Below are positions 1-15,304 of a stretch of 64,000 bases of DNA, piece after piece. A program made the translations under genes and the position numbers. Each line of letters starts with the position of its first letter. Within the stretch, counting starts at the first letter, position 1. The DNA lies in NCBI RefSeq assembly GCF_009914755.1, contig NC_060935.1; one strand, 5' to 3'. The notes beneath the pieces were generated by a model. The model was not told the DNA's origin and made no database searches. It was given only the letters and a program-made list of their open reading frames with translations. Source of the stretch: the human T2T-CHM13v2.0 reference genome, Homo sapiens.

Positions 1-1160
1 CTTTGGCTCCTTTATACTTAACCATTCTGTTTTAAGCTTATATCTATCCTATAGGATTTTATCATAGGCACCTGGAAGACTAGAAGCAGCAAGATGGCAC
101 TTTTAATATTCTAACTGGAAATCTCCACTAGATCATCAGGTTCATTAATTCTTGTTCCTACTTTCCACATTACTGGAGGTGACACTATTACCAAACTTTC
201 TGCCACTACATTAAAAGTGTCCCTTTTACTCTAGTTTGCAACAATATTCCCCTAGTTTCTTTGACCACTTAATCACAACCTGCTTGAGGTTCTTTAAGCC
301 TCTGAGAAACCTTTAAGTTTTTATTAAAAGTCTCCCAAATGCCCTTTCAGTTTCCATGTGTAACTTGTTGTCAAACTCAGTGTCTCATGTTTTAGGTTTT
401 TGTTATGGCAGCATCCCAGTTCCAGTTTTCAAAATCTGTTTGAGTTACCTAATACTACATAAAACCACCCCAGAATTAATGCCTCTAAAACAGCTATTTA
501 TTATACTCATAGATTCTATAGGTTAGGAGTTGGAAAGGGCACATTAGAGGTAACTTTTCTCATCCCATGATATCTGCGACTCAGCTGGGAGTATTGAAGG
601 TGTGAAGGGACTCCATGGCTGGGACTAGAACCATCTGAAGCAGTGCTTTCCAGTGAAACTTTCTATGATGACAGAAATATTCTATATCTACATGGCCCAA
701 TTTAGTAGCCCTAGCTACATAAGGCTATTGAACATGTGACTAGCAACACATTACTTTATTTTCAATTCAATTTAAATTTAAATAGTCATATGTGCCTAGC
801 GGCTGCTATCTTGGGCATCACACAACTGATGGCTTGTGTGCTAGTGCATTTGGAAGTTGATTCTGGCTGTCCTCCAGTTTCTAACCTATAGGTGACCTCA
901 CTTTGTGTTCTCTCTCCTTTTTCATAGCACATTGATAAGGTTCAAGAGCAAGCATCTCAAAAGGATCAGAGAAGGTTATATCACCTTTATCACTCAACCT
1001 CAGAAATCAGACAACACCATGTCTTACTTAATCACAGACCCCCTGAAATTCACAAGTAGGAAACACAGATCCCACTTTAACACCATGTTTTACGTAGAGC
1101 ATTTGGCATGGGAGATCTTGTTGAGATCATCTTGGAAAATACATCTGCCATACCACACAT
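1..1160 (-). mobile_element. MLT1-type MaLR: internal remnant (1-436) plus LTR (about 437-1160), interrupted by MER3
   Basis: Internal/LTR junction 'ggtttttgttatggcagcatcccagttccagttttcaaaatc|tgtttgagttacc'; MLT1-like 'aaaaccaccccagaattaatg...aaaacagctatttatt...ctcatagattctataggttaggagttgg'; ends 'ctgccataccaca'. Confidence 0.65.
641..822. mobile_element. MER3 (hAT-Charlie non-autonomous DNA transposon)
   Basis: 'cagtgctttccagtgaaactttctatgatgacagaaatattctatatct...aaatttaaatagtcatatgtgcctagcggctgctatcttgggcatcac' resembles MER3. Confidence 0.75.
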
Positions 1161-1889
1161 CCTAGTAAAAGGGGAGGGTGTGTATGGCTTATCCTTACCA
1201 TTCTACTTTCCTAGATTCTAATTTTTATTCCTTAAACCATGTAGCTAATTCATATAGGCTGTATTATTTTGTCAATTTGGGGATTCCTAGTAGACTTGAA
1301 AGTTATTAATTCAGCAGAAGTAAAATAAACCTCTTTTCATTAAAGTGAGCAGGTGTGTGTTTATCTTGGGCAAAAGAAATATTTCAACAATTTAGAGCAA
1401 AGGGAAAATATAGATCATAGAGCATACAGGCTTCCCCAGAGGCCTACATTCCTCTCATAACTGTGCTCCTGATCAATGTTCATAATCATGTGGGACAGAA
1501 ATCAGGAGAGCACCCGTATCTCTTCACAGGATACTTTCTCTCTTACCAACCAAGAGATCATGTTGTTAGTGTGTTACATTTTTTAAAAAATCATTTTTTC
1601 TTCATATCACTGGAAAAATAAACCAGGTCCTGGATATTGAAATGTTCACAGTACCCAAGTGTCTAATAAATCATAACATAAGGGTTTAGAAGCAATAGGA
1701 AATCTTCTGAGAGGATGATCAGGCCATGGCCTACCACCATATTACATAAAAAATGCATTATATTGTAACCTGATGATACTTACCTGGCACATAAGAATCA
1801 AAATAACTCCTTTCCTATGAATCCTTTTTAACAACGTAAGGCATATTTTTTACTCTTTCTTCTATGCTGTATGGTAATTACAGAGCACT

Positions 1890-2090
1890 TGGTTCATACT
1901 CAATATTTGGTTGTAACATACATATTCTACTATATGGCACATTTGTAATTTTTTATCTGACTTCCTATTTGACAGTGAAATCATAAGACAAAGGGATGGC
2001 ATCATATTTAATGTAAATCCCCAGAATCCCCAAGGTGCCACATTAGAGTAGAGTCACAATAAATCTGAAATGATCTGGTTGTATTAATGA
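1890..2090 (+). mobile_element. L2 3' end fragment
   Basis: 'ccccaaggtgccacattagagtagagtcacaataaat...ttaatgaataa' is typical of an L2 tail. Confidence 0.45.
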
Positions 2091-3090
2091 ATAAGCAAGT
2101 ATATTGCAAACTTACGTCTATAGCAGAATGAAAGATACTGTTAATAATTGCTCTCAAATTATTTGTTCCTGATATATAGTAATACACATTTACTTGAATT
2201 GAATTATCAGGCAATGCCTATAGAAAGCTCCTTTAAAAGTTACAAAAACATCTTAAAACAATGACCAGGGCATTAAATCAACATATGTATATGAGAGGCT
2301 TTTACCTGGGGCTATAAAAATCCTGCAAATAACATTTTTTTCACATATAAAATTATCAAGCAGACCATGGTTAAATTAATTAGGCTTTACCTATCAGGGA
2401 GGCTTATAACATAATGTTTTATAAACTTGAGGAAATAGGCATGTATTTATTATATATACAACTATATAAAATGGTGGTGGTATTTTTAGTAATAAAATAC
2501 TTGGTAGAGATAAATATAGCAAAATAAATTATTGATGATACACATTTTTAGTTATTCTTAAATTTTCTTTTAACTGAAATTGCCTATGCTAGAGAATCAA
2601 CAATATTGTATTAATTGCAATATTGCAAAAATTTTCAGCTTTCAGAATTTGAATTCTTCTTTTCCTATTTTTTTTAAAGCTCAAATAAAGTAATGTAACA
2701 TCCTAAAATCTCTTATTTAAACTTCACAATGTTGATTAAGTTAACCACAGATTCCCCCAATACTGGGAGTTCTCTGTAGTTTTAAGTTAAATATTTTACT
2801 ATGATGCATATTGATTTTAAGCCATTTCAATAACTTCTAAAATATCATACAGAAAATAAGCTAGTAAATGTGAAAATAAAGCACAATTATTTTAAAAATA
2901 TGCCTTTATAAGTCATAGCATTATATATTCAAATGTCTCTAGGGACTAAATACCAGTGAGTGGGAGAGTGTAATTAACAGAATGAGTGAAGTGAATATCT
3001 CAATTCAAATTTATTTAAAATGTTTTGAGAAAACAAAACATATTTGGTAGTTGATTTTTGTCCTGTAGATTACCAGTTTATGTTTCCCTA

Positions 3091-3520
<430 letters not shown>

Positions 3521-4604
3521 TTATCATTAACTAATCATTGAATTATGTGATAATTTCTGATTCTTACCTGTAGTGTCACAAATTAAATCTACTTAAAGAG
3601 ACCTTGTATTTAAAATTGTCTTTACAATTAATACATGTACACATTTAAGAAAAACAGATAGCACTAAAATATTTAAAATTTAAAAAAATCAACTAAAACT
3701 ACAATCCTCCATATCTTTAATTCTTATTTTTACTTTTTTCTTCTGAAAAAATTATTAATATGTATTTCTAAATGATATATCTATGTTATTATTGATTTCC
3801 CAAGTTTATATATTATATATATCATTTTCTAATCAGGAAGATTATAATAAACAACAACTTGTCATCCCACACAAACTTTTTCTGCTTTATACCTGAAATA
3901 TAAATTCATCACATAATTTCTAAATGAATACTAAGCATTTATATCATGAAGATCATTAAGATTAGAAAATATTTATAGCTTATATATTTCCTCTTTTTAA
4001 AGTAATTATTACATTTTTGGTTAGTTTTCTGTGTAGCACAACTTTGTTTCAGCATTTTGAAGCACTGAAATCAATATTTCTGTTTCTCTTTTTTTCCTCT
4101 TTTATTGATTTGTATTTTTAAAGGCATACCACCTGTAGATCTCTCTTCTTCTCCTCCAATTTCAAGTAGTTTTGTTTTGTGATTGCTGAATTGCTATTTT
4201 CCTGAAATTCCTTCTACCAATATCTTTTCCCCTTTTTGGACCCCAAGTTTTCTAGATCTCCTGTAATCTCCTGTATCTCATTTTATCTGTTGGGTTTACA
4301 AGTTACATCTTTAGCTCCCTGAGTAAGACAAAATGGGAAGTAGTTTTTTTTTTTTTTCTGAGTACATGTTGTTCTAATTTTGTATTTCATACTTACTTTT
4401 GATTGACATAAAACTGGTGTATAATTCTACTTGAAAGCCATCAACTTCAGCATTTACTCTTCTTGGAAAGTTTGTTGATTTTTGTTGGTTGATAGGCTTT
4501 CATTGCTGTTTCTTCAGTTTTCTATTTGTTGATTTCTTTGTGTCATGTGTTGTTATTTTGATGGGTGATTGTTGATCATTTTTGAAATTTATTTTTATTT
4601 ATTC

Positions 4605-4772
4605 ATTTTTAGTTTGGAGACAGGGCCTCACTATGTTGCCCAGGCTGGAGTGTGGTGGCTCATCATAAATATGATCAAGTGCACTGAAACCTCCAACTCC
4701 TAAGCTGAAGCCATCCTCCCTCCTCAGCCTTTCAAGTAGTTGGTACTACAGACACACACCACCACAACTGGC
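4605..4772 (-). mobile_element. FAM (fossil Alu monomer)
   Basis: Single monomer that keeps the longer 7SL-derived segment 'tgtggtggctcatcataaatatgatcaagtgcactg'. Confidence 0.7.
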
Positions 4773-6701
4773 TTTCTTTCTTTTTAAAATTATCTTATGT
4801 CTTAATATATTTTCTTCTTTGGTGATTTTAGTTATCATATTATTTCTTCCATTGTCTCCATCATTGTTACCTCTATCTTTATTTTTTAAAGGCTTTTGTT
4901 TTGTTTTGTTCTTTAATTTTCCTATTGGCGGCTCTATGGCATGTGTGGAGCTTGTCAATTCATACACCATTCAAAGTGAACTGGTAGAAACTTAGTATTT
5001 TCACTTGGAATCTGTTTTTTTTTCCACTATGAACCTAGAAATAAGTTATATATGTATTATATAAAATATATAGAGATTATATATATAGAATATATGTAAT
5101 TGTACCTGGAGGCCATAATCCTGGTACCGGTGTTCTCACTGGTTGATAGAGGAAGAATCTTACAGATAATTAGAAGTATCTGAATAGTTAATGTACAATC
5201 CATCACTTGAGCCTGTTTTCGGAACAGCATCATTCCTGCTTTCAGATGTATCTGGTATCTGAAAGTACAGAGATCTCTGTATCACCCTCACAAGAACATA
5301 ATGTTCTGTTTTTCTTGGGATAGAGAATGAGCAATCACCTCACCAGAAACTTTGGAAGAGGGAATCTGTATGTCAAATTGCTTCTTAAAATTGAGTTTCA
5401 AAAGATCTTCCTGTTGAAGGCAGTACCTCGAATCCCATCTTCTCAGTTTCTTAACCACTCTAGAGTTCTATGGCAAAACTTGATTTTTTCTGATGAACTA
5501 TATAAGTTATAAAAACTCCATTTGCTCTACAACATCCATTTTTTTGTTGTTGAAATTTTACACTTTTAGTTATTTGTTTTGCTTAATTTTTTGTTCTTGG
5601 CGGTTGAAAAATCATAACATTAGTTCTCAATCTACCATATGGCTCAAACTGATCTGGCAAAAATAATCAATAAATTATGGCCATTCATTAATGTTTTCTT
5701 TCTAAAAGTCTGGTTAAAAAACTAGCTAGTATTTTTAAACTAAGAAAATACATTTCCCTGACTATACTAATTAACTGAGAAAAACAGTTACCAACTCCCT
5801 CTTCCCAGTCCCCAAACATAAGAACATTTACAACAGAGAATGATGAAAAGATAGAGATAATGCAGTGATTGTTACTGCAGTGAAAAAAAATACTTGGAGG
5901 AAAACTAAAGTAGGAATAACTATTGTAACATACAAACATCAATTGTACTCAATGAATTATCTCTAATCAAGAGGAAAAGTGAGGATGTATTTTGTGTTTG
6001 CTCACTTATATGACATCACTTTCTTATAGTATTTCAATTAAGAATGAGCATTATTATTCTTCATAACATCTTCCTGGTCAAAAAGGCAGCAAAACCTTAA
6101 ACAGGACCTGGTATGCCTCCTTTCAACTTTCTACTAAGGTATCCATAAATATACAGAAAATTGAAAAAGTACTACTACCTGCCCAATAGAAAAGCAACAA
6201 ACAAGTCTCATCTCACTGCCACTAAATATATAAAATTCAATGAATAATTAACAAACTTCTTTTGAAGGGAGAAGTTGGAGAGGCCTTAGAATGCAGAAAA
6301 ACCGAGAAAAAAATTAATATGGGAAGAAATAGAAGAACCAAAAATAACAGTGATATTATATATAATTAATTTGTAATGGGAGCTGTTTTTACTTGATTAA
6401 GAGTATGGTTCAGTCTACAAACCCACAGAGCTTACCAAACTTCAAATAATTTTTTAAATACCGAAATGAAAGCAAAAACTCTGACCAACATCCAGGCAGA
6501 GATTCCTCAAAAATTTAAAAACAGTACTACAGTATGATCCAATAATCCCACTTCTGAATATACAACCAAAGGAAATGAAATCAGTATCTCAAAAAGATGT
6601 CTTTACTACACGTTCATTGCATCATTATTAACAAAAGCCAAGATAAGAAAAAAATCTGTGTCCATCAACAGATGAATGGATAGAAAAAGTTGGTATATAT
6701 A

Positions 6702-6830
6702 AGCTGGCTCGGGTGACACAAGCTTGTAGTCCCAGCTGCTCAGGAGAGTGTGATGGGGGAGATTTCTTGAGCCCAGGAGTTTGAGACCAGCCTGAGCAAC
6801 ATAGTGAGGCCCTATATGTTAAGTATAAAA
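6702..6830 (+). mobile_element. FLAM (free left Alu monomer)
   Basis: 'cttgagcccaggagtttgagaccagcctgagcaacatagtgagg', single monomer. Confidence 0.75.
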
Positions 6831-6985
6831 GAGAGGGAGAGAGAGAAATAAAAAGAAGAAAGAGAAAGAGAAAAAGAAAGAAAAGAAAAAGAAAAAAGAA
6901 GAAAGAAAGAAAAAGAAGAAAGAAAGAGAAAAAAAGAAAGAAAGAAGAAAGCGGGAGGGAGGGAGGGGAAAGAGGGAGGGAGGGA
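6828..6985. repeat. Polypurine GA-rich low-complexity tract (expanded FLAM tail)
   Basis: (AAAAG)n, (AAAG)n and (GGGA)n runs. Confidence 0.9.
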
Positions 6986-7289
6986 TTAAAGGCAGGTTGA
7001 TATAATGTGATTGTGTAATTCCACCACAATGGAATATCATCCAACCTTAAAACAGGAGGAGATATTGGCATTTATTACAACATGATAACATAAGCCTAAA
7101 ACACCATGATACATAAGCCTAAAAACCGTTACGTTGACTGAAATAAACCAGACACAGTGACAAATACTGTATAATTTCACTTTTCAGTGGAATCTAAAAA
7201 TGTTGAACTGTAGAATCAGGAGAGTACCATGGGCTGAGCAGGAGGAGCAAATGGAGAGATGCTAGTTAAAGGATACACGTTTTCAGTTA

Positions 7290-7603
<314 letters not shown>

Positions 7604-8819
7604 AAGATGAATAAATTCTGGCAATCTAATATACAGCATGATGACTATAGTTAATAGTATTGTATTGTTACTTGAAACTGGTAAGATAGCATATGTTAAG
7701 AGTCTTCCCCACAGACACCGACACACACATACAATGGTAAGTATAAGCAGTGTGGATGTGTTAATTTGACTGTGGTAATCATTACACAATGCATTTGTAT
7801 ATTGAATCATCACATTTTACACCTAGAATATATACAATTTTTATTAGTCAAATAAGGCTAAAAACCAAGACCTTTACCTCAGAGAGAAATACACTGACGT
7901 CTTTTTAAAGGTACCTTATTTGGCATTGTCTTTATTATGGGAGCTTAGCCTGTAACCTAAATATGTGACAACCATTTTAAAATATTAGTTATTAAAAGTG
8001 GGCCTGATAGTATTGAGAATCACTGTTTTAAATTACTAAATATGTGTACTGAAACAAGAACCATTTGTATTTTATTATACATAGTAACATTAAATGAGAT
8101 AAACCAAGAAACCATAAAGACAATACAGTTAAATCTATTATCAATTCCTGTGGCAAAAACAGATAATAATATTATCGTGTGATCTGGATTCTATCTTTCC
8201 AGATTGCTACTGTCTTTGTTTCAGTTGAACTGTTTTTATTTTTATCTTTTTTATTAATTAAATTTTATTTATAATTGACACAAAATGATTGTACATATTT
8301 ATGTACAGTGTGACATGTATAGGGGACAGTGTGATGTTTCAATGCATGTATACATTGCATAATAATCAAGTCAGGACAACTAATACATCCATCACTTTAA
8401 ACATTTATCATTTCTTTGTGATAATAACAATATATTTTCTAACTTTCTTGAAATATATGCTATATTGTTATTAGCCATAACCACCCTACTGTGCAATAGA
8501 ACACCAGAACTTATTTTTTCTGTCTAACTATGACTTTATTCTCATTGACTAACCTTTTCTGATTCCTCCCTCTTCACTACCCTCCTAGCCTCTGGTAACC
8601 CACTATTGTACTCTCTTCTTCTACTAAATCAAATTTTTTAGTTTACACCTATGAGTGAGATGATGAGGTGTTTGTATTTCTGTGCCTGGCTTATTTCACT
8701 TAACATAATGTCCCCCAGATTCATTCATGATGCCATAAATGCCGTAATTTCATTCTGTTTTATGGCTGACTAGTATCCCATTGTGTGTTTGTGTATATAT
8801 GTATGTGAATGTATGAGTG

Positions 8820-8822
<3 letters not shown>

Positions 8823-8851
<29 letters not shown>
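8823..8851. repeat. (CA)n microsatellite
   Basis: About 14 perfect AC units. Confidence 0.95.
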
Positions 8852-8853
<2 letters not shown>

Positions 8854-9454
8854 AAACAGGAGATATTGCCATTTATTACAACGTGATAACATATTTATGT
8901 ACAGGAGACAGTGTGATTTTTCAATGCATGTATATTTTGTATTATACTGCATTTGTTATCCATTTATTTGTAGAAGGGCATTTGGGCAGATTCCAATTTT
9001 GGCTTTGATTAGTGCTGCAACAAATGTAGGCATGCAGATATCTCAACATAACTGATTTTATTTCCTTTGAATGTATACCCAGTAATCGGATTGCTGGATC
9101 ATATGATAGTTCTATTTTTAATTTTGTGAGGATCTTAGATTCTCTTAGATTCTGTTTTCTCTAATGGCTATACTAATTTCCATTCCCACCAACAGTGCGT
9201 ATGAGTTCCCCTTTCTCCACATCCTCACCAGTACTTGTTATTTCTTGTCCTTTTGATAATAGCCATTCTAACATTGGTAAGATGATATCTCATTGTGCTT
9301 TTGGTTTGCATTTCCCTGATGATTAGTGATGGGGAACATTTTTTACATATATCTGTGGTGACTATTTCTGTCTTCCTTAGAAAAATGCCTATTCACATCT
9401 TTTGCCCATTTGTTAATTCAGTTATTTGCTTGTTTTTACTATAGAGTTGTTTGA

Positions 9455-9822
<368 letters not shown>

Positions 9823-9899
9823 TAAATACTTTCTCCCATTCTGCATGCTGTCTCATCACTGAAAACAAATGATGTTTCCTTTGCTATGCTGAAGATTTT

Positions 9900-10189
9900 T
9901 TTTTTTTTTTTGAGACACAGTCTCGCTCTGTTGCCATGCTGGAGTGTAGTCCGCAGCCTCGGCTCACTGCAACCGCTGCCTCCTGGGTTCAAGTGATTCT
10001 CCTGCCTCAGCTTCCTGAGTAGCTGGGATTACAGGAGCCCACCACCACACGAGGCTGATTTTTGTATTTTCAGTAGAGACAGGGTTTCACCATGTCGGCC
10101 AGGATGGTCTTGATCTGTTGACCTCATGATCTGCCCGCCTTGACCTCCCAAAGTGCTGGGATTACAGGCGTGAGCCACCGTGCCCAGCC
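9900..10189 (-). mobile_element. AluSc-like
   Basis: Antisense dimer; TSD TGAAGATTTTT. Confidence 0.92.
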
Positions 10190-10630
10190 TGAAGATTTTT
10201 AATTTGATATAATCTGATTTGTCTGTATTTGCTTTTGTTGCCTGTGCTTTTGAAGTCTTACTCAAAAAACTTTGTCCAGTCCAATTTCATGAAGCATTTC
10301 CACCGTATTTTCTTATAGCAGTTTTATAGTTTTGAGTCCTACATTTAAATCTTAATCCACTTAGAGTTGCTTTTTATATACGCTGAGAGATAGGCGTCTA
10401 GTTTCATTCTTCCACACGTGGATATTGCTTTCCTAGTACCATTTATTGAAAATACTTTCCTTTTCCCAGTGTGTGTTCTTGACAGTTTTGTCAAAAAACA
10501 GTTAGGTGCAAATGTGTGGATTTATTTTGGGGTTCTCAATTCTGTTCCATCAGCCTGTGTATCTGTTTTTATGCTACTACCATGCTGTTTTCATTACCAT
10601 AGCATTGTAGTAGATGTTGAAGTCAGATAG

Positions 10631-11030
<400 letters not shown>

Positions 11031-11381
11031 CAGGGTCCTTATTTTTAAATGGCAATATTTGTTAGGCTCTGCTCATAGACTCTCTCAAACTATATTCATT
11101 AGTGTATTGTGTATTGAATATTTAGTTAACAATGAGTTTGCTTTCCTTAAATATGTTCTCGAAAAGATGACCATGTATTTGACTTGTGAATAAAAGTGGT
11201 TACATCTGGTTGCTGCCCTATGTTTTTAACTTGAGTGATCTGTAGTTCCTTCTATGGAACATATTTAATTCAGGTATTTCCTACTCCACATACACTGTAA
11301 TGAATGAAAGGAAAATGTTATAAAACTCCGTTTCAGGAAAGAAAATCAAATTATTAATTTCTGTTTAAAAATGCAAGTTAA

Positions 11382-11761
<380 letters not shown>

Positions 11762-13163
11762 TCATTGTAAAATTCTCACACATAATTACCAAGTAAGCTA
11801 AAGAATAGTGAATGTTTTGGATCTAAAGAAGTTCTTAAATTACAATAAAAATAATTATTGGCTAAGAATAATTAACCTTGGAAGCAAGACTGAAATTTCC
11901 ACCAAAAGTTTGTGATTTTTAAGTGTCTATAGTCTACCTTCAGCAGGTGAAAAAAGTCTGAATTGCTTTGGGCCTTTTAAAATACATTTTATATTATAGT
12001 TATAAATAGTTAATTATTGTATTTTCATTACTAAACTTTGACTAAATAGAATATCCCTCAATACCTCATCAACCATATTTAGTAGCATTAGGAATTTTAA
12101 TCATAGAATAGACACACCTAACTTAGCGTAAATATGAATAATAAAGTTCTTAATATAGTTAAAAAAATACAAAAATATGGAAAGAAAATTATCAGTTTAC
12201 AAAATATCAAGAATTTGTTTTGAAGAAACTATCACCCCAAGCAGATTTATTTGTGTGTTTGCTTGCTACAGAGGCCTTCTTATTCAGTAGCTTGCTTTGA
12301 AAGCAATAAGCTTAAACTAAGAAGATTAATAATAAAGTCTAAAAATCTGAGTTTTACTGCAACAGTTCATATGATTTTGGAATTTCTTTGCAGCACTAGA
12401 AAAACAGCTTTTTTAAAGAAAACAAATTGCAGGTATTTGCTTAATGGGTACAAAAGCAAATGGAAATTTAAAAATTCAAGAACAAATCTATACTTTCTTA
12501 TGAGATTTGAAACAAGTGGACAGAATTTGAAAATTCTATCTAAATAAATGAAAATTACTTCACTGAAAGCCTACTCCATGATTAGGCAATTCATTGCATG
12601 CTTAATTATAGCATTCATATTCCAATGACATCTATAAAGTGGTAAAAAAATTCAACAACAAGAATGCTAGTGTTATTTAGGTTTGATTGTGTAACAAAAA
12701 TAATGCTGCCACTCTCCACATGCATTTGAAGTGAATAAGAGGACTTACATTAATGCAATGTGTGTTGCTTTGGAAATCAACCTTCCAAATATAACTCATA
12801 ATAATCAGCCTCACCTACTGCTTTCTCACCATGGTGGTGTTTCTAACCAAAGTGTTTAAAGCCCTAGCTGTTATTGAATGCACACCATAAGAGATGGAAG
12901 TCAGTTTAACACTTAAAAAAAAGCCTCTGGATGAAAGACCAATGTAAACTGAATTTATTTTTGTTCCTTAAAAAATGAACAAAATTTGCTTGCTCATTTC
13001 TACTAATACACGTACAGCAATAGGCTGTGTCAACACCACAGAAAGAGAAAAGACTATTATACATTTTATCCTGAATAGTATACTATTATACATTTTATCC
13101 CACCTTATCTAATTGGGAAATTTTAAAAGCTATCATTTATTACATCTATACTTAATTTCTGCT

Positions 13164-14417
13164 TGTTGTTGAAAAGAACAAACTCTGTAAAATATTTAAA
13201 GAGGTTAATTCTGAGACAATAAGAAAAATCATAGCCCAGGGATGAGTCTCAAAGGCTTCTGGGAAAGTGTGCCCTAGGTGGTGGGGTTACAGGTTGGTTT
13301 TATACATTTTAGGGAGGTAGAAATTACAAGCAAAGACATAACTCAATAGGTGCAAGATACACATTGGTTCAGCCTAAAGAGGAAGTATATCTTCAAGTAG
13401 GGGCTTACAGGTCATAGGTGGATTCAAAGATTTTCTAATTGTCAATTGATTGAAAAAGTTAAGCTTTGTCTAAAGTCCTAAAGTCAGTAGAAAGAAATTA
13501 TTCAGTTAATGTATGGGAGTTTTTGAAAGCCAAAATTCCTTTTGTGTAGCTGAAAATTCCAGGTATCAGCCTTCAGAAAGAATACATAGTAAATATTTCT
13601 TTTTAGGCCTGAAAGGGTGTTAGACTCTTAATCTCTCTGAGATCTGTGAAAGCCTTAGCTGTATTAATGGAGATTCTACACAGATGCAAATGTCCCCCAT
13701 GAAAGACGATTTTGCAAGGCCATTTCAAAGAGATACATTTTGGTATAAAATATTTTTATTTCCTTCACTGTCTTCTATCTGTCATGTGATGATATACCAG
13801 AGTCAGGTTGAAATTTGTTATCTTAATGACACAAAGAGTCTGTTTTGTCAGTCTTATGATCTCTATTTTAACATTAATGCTGGTCAGTTGTTCCTAACTC
13901 CAAAAGAGAGGAAGTATAACAAGGCCTGTCTGACCTCCTGTATTAGTCCATTCTCATGCTGCTAATAAAGACATACCCAAGACTGGGTGATTTATAAAGG
14001 AAGTAGTTTTAACTGACTTACAGTTCAGCATGGCTGGGGAGGCCTCAGGAGGAAGGAGAGGCAAACATGTCCTTCTTCACATGGTGGCAGCAAGAAGAAG
14101 AATGAGAGCTCAGTGAAGGGGGAAGTCCCTTATAAAGCCATCAGGTCTTGTGAGAACTTCCTCACTATTATGAGAACAGCATGGGGAAAACCACCTCCAT
14201 GATTCAATTACCACCCACCAGGTCCCTCCCACAACACATGGGGATTATGGGAACTTCAATTCAAGATGAGATTTGGATGAGGACACAGCCAAACCACATC
14301 AACTCCCTTCCTGTCATGGTTGGGAACTCAGTTTTTCAAGATTCTCTAGGGTCTCCTTGGTCAAGAAGGAGTCTGTTCAATCAGTTAGGGACCTTAGGAT
14401 TATATCGTTGGTTTACA
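13164..14417 (-). mobile_element. MER4-group ERV1 solo LTR split by THE1D
   Basis: Minus strand starts TGTAAACCAA...CCTAAGG; contains 'gttggttttatacattttaggg'; TG...CA ends with 4-bp TSD TGCT (13160-13163 and 14418-14421). Confidence 0.8.
13939..14301 (-). mobile_element. THE1D-like MaLR solo LTR
   Basis: 'tgtattagtccattctcatgctgctaataaagacataccc...cacagccaaaccacatca'; 5-bp TSD CCTCC/ACTCC. Confidence 0.9.
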
Positions 14418-15304
14418 TGCTTAAGAATATATTTCTCCAGGCCATTTATTTGAATAACAAAAAAAAATTAAGTCCAGTAGCCCCTTGGCTTTTAAATGAA
14501 TACAGTGAGTCACCATAATAGGAAAATGTTTCCATTAGCATTTATTCTATAGCATATATTACACTTTGGAGACATAAGTTTTACATTAAAAGTAAACATG
14601 TTTCATAATTCTTTAAAAAATTGAATATTTTATTTAAAATTTTATAGATGTATTGAGAAAACAAATGTAACTAAACTATTGGACTAATATATAGATTAGG
14701 AAAGGATTACAGAATAAATATACATACTATAAAGGTTTACATTTCTATAGTTGTGTAAATTGTAAAGGAAAGCATCAGCTAAGATAAACATTTTCAGAGA
14801 TATGGATATTATATTTGTTTCTTTGGAATGTTTTGTCATATATGTACATATAAATAAATAAATAAACACACCTTTCCTAACTGTAGAAACAATATAAGCA
14901 AATGAAAAAGAAAAAAATAACTAAAAGCAAACAATTTAGAACCCAAGAAATCCTATTGTAACTGTAGAAAGGAAAAAAAAGAAAAATAGAACAATGAAAC
15001 ATTTTAGAACTTAGAAAATTCCTATATGCCTTTCAATAAATGTGAGTGACTAATACATTAGCCAGTCACTGGGCAGGTTTCTGGGGAACAAAAAAAAATC
15101 AAGCAAGACATGGTTCCTGTTCTCAGTGCTGGAATGGAAAATACATTTTGTTGGCTGGACTTCCCAGGGTTTCAAAAGATGCCACGTTGAAATTGTTATT
15201 ATTTTTAGTATACAATAAGTATAAGTTGTAGTTTAAATTGAGACAGACAAAGCCAGGTAGACTTCTTTGGGGGTAAACTCACCTCCCTTATAAAAGTAAG
15301 GGAA

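Noticed and set aside
1776-1789. U1 snRNA gene or pseudogene
   Set aside because: Only 14 nt match; the sequence does not continue as U1 (GGGGAGATACC).
4605-4772. 7SL (SRP) RNA pseudogene
   Set aside because: It lacks the S domain and matches the shorter FAM monomer.
6628-7071. Phe/Leu-rich membrane-like ORF, and the K/E/G/R-rich ORFs at 48107-48529
   Set aside because: Translations of GA- or CT-rich low-complexity tracts.
12550-13050. Repeat-free stretch as a conserved non-coding element
   Set aside because: Conservation cannot be judged from one sequence, and I see no distinctive motif structure.
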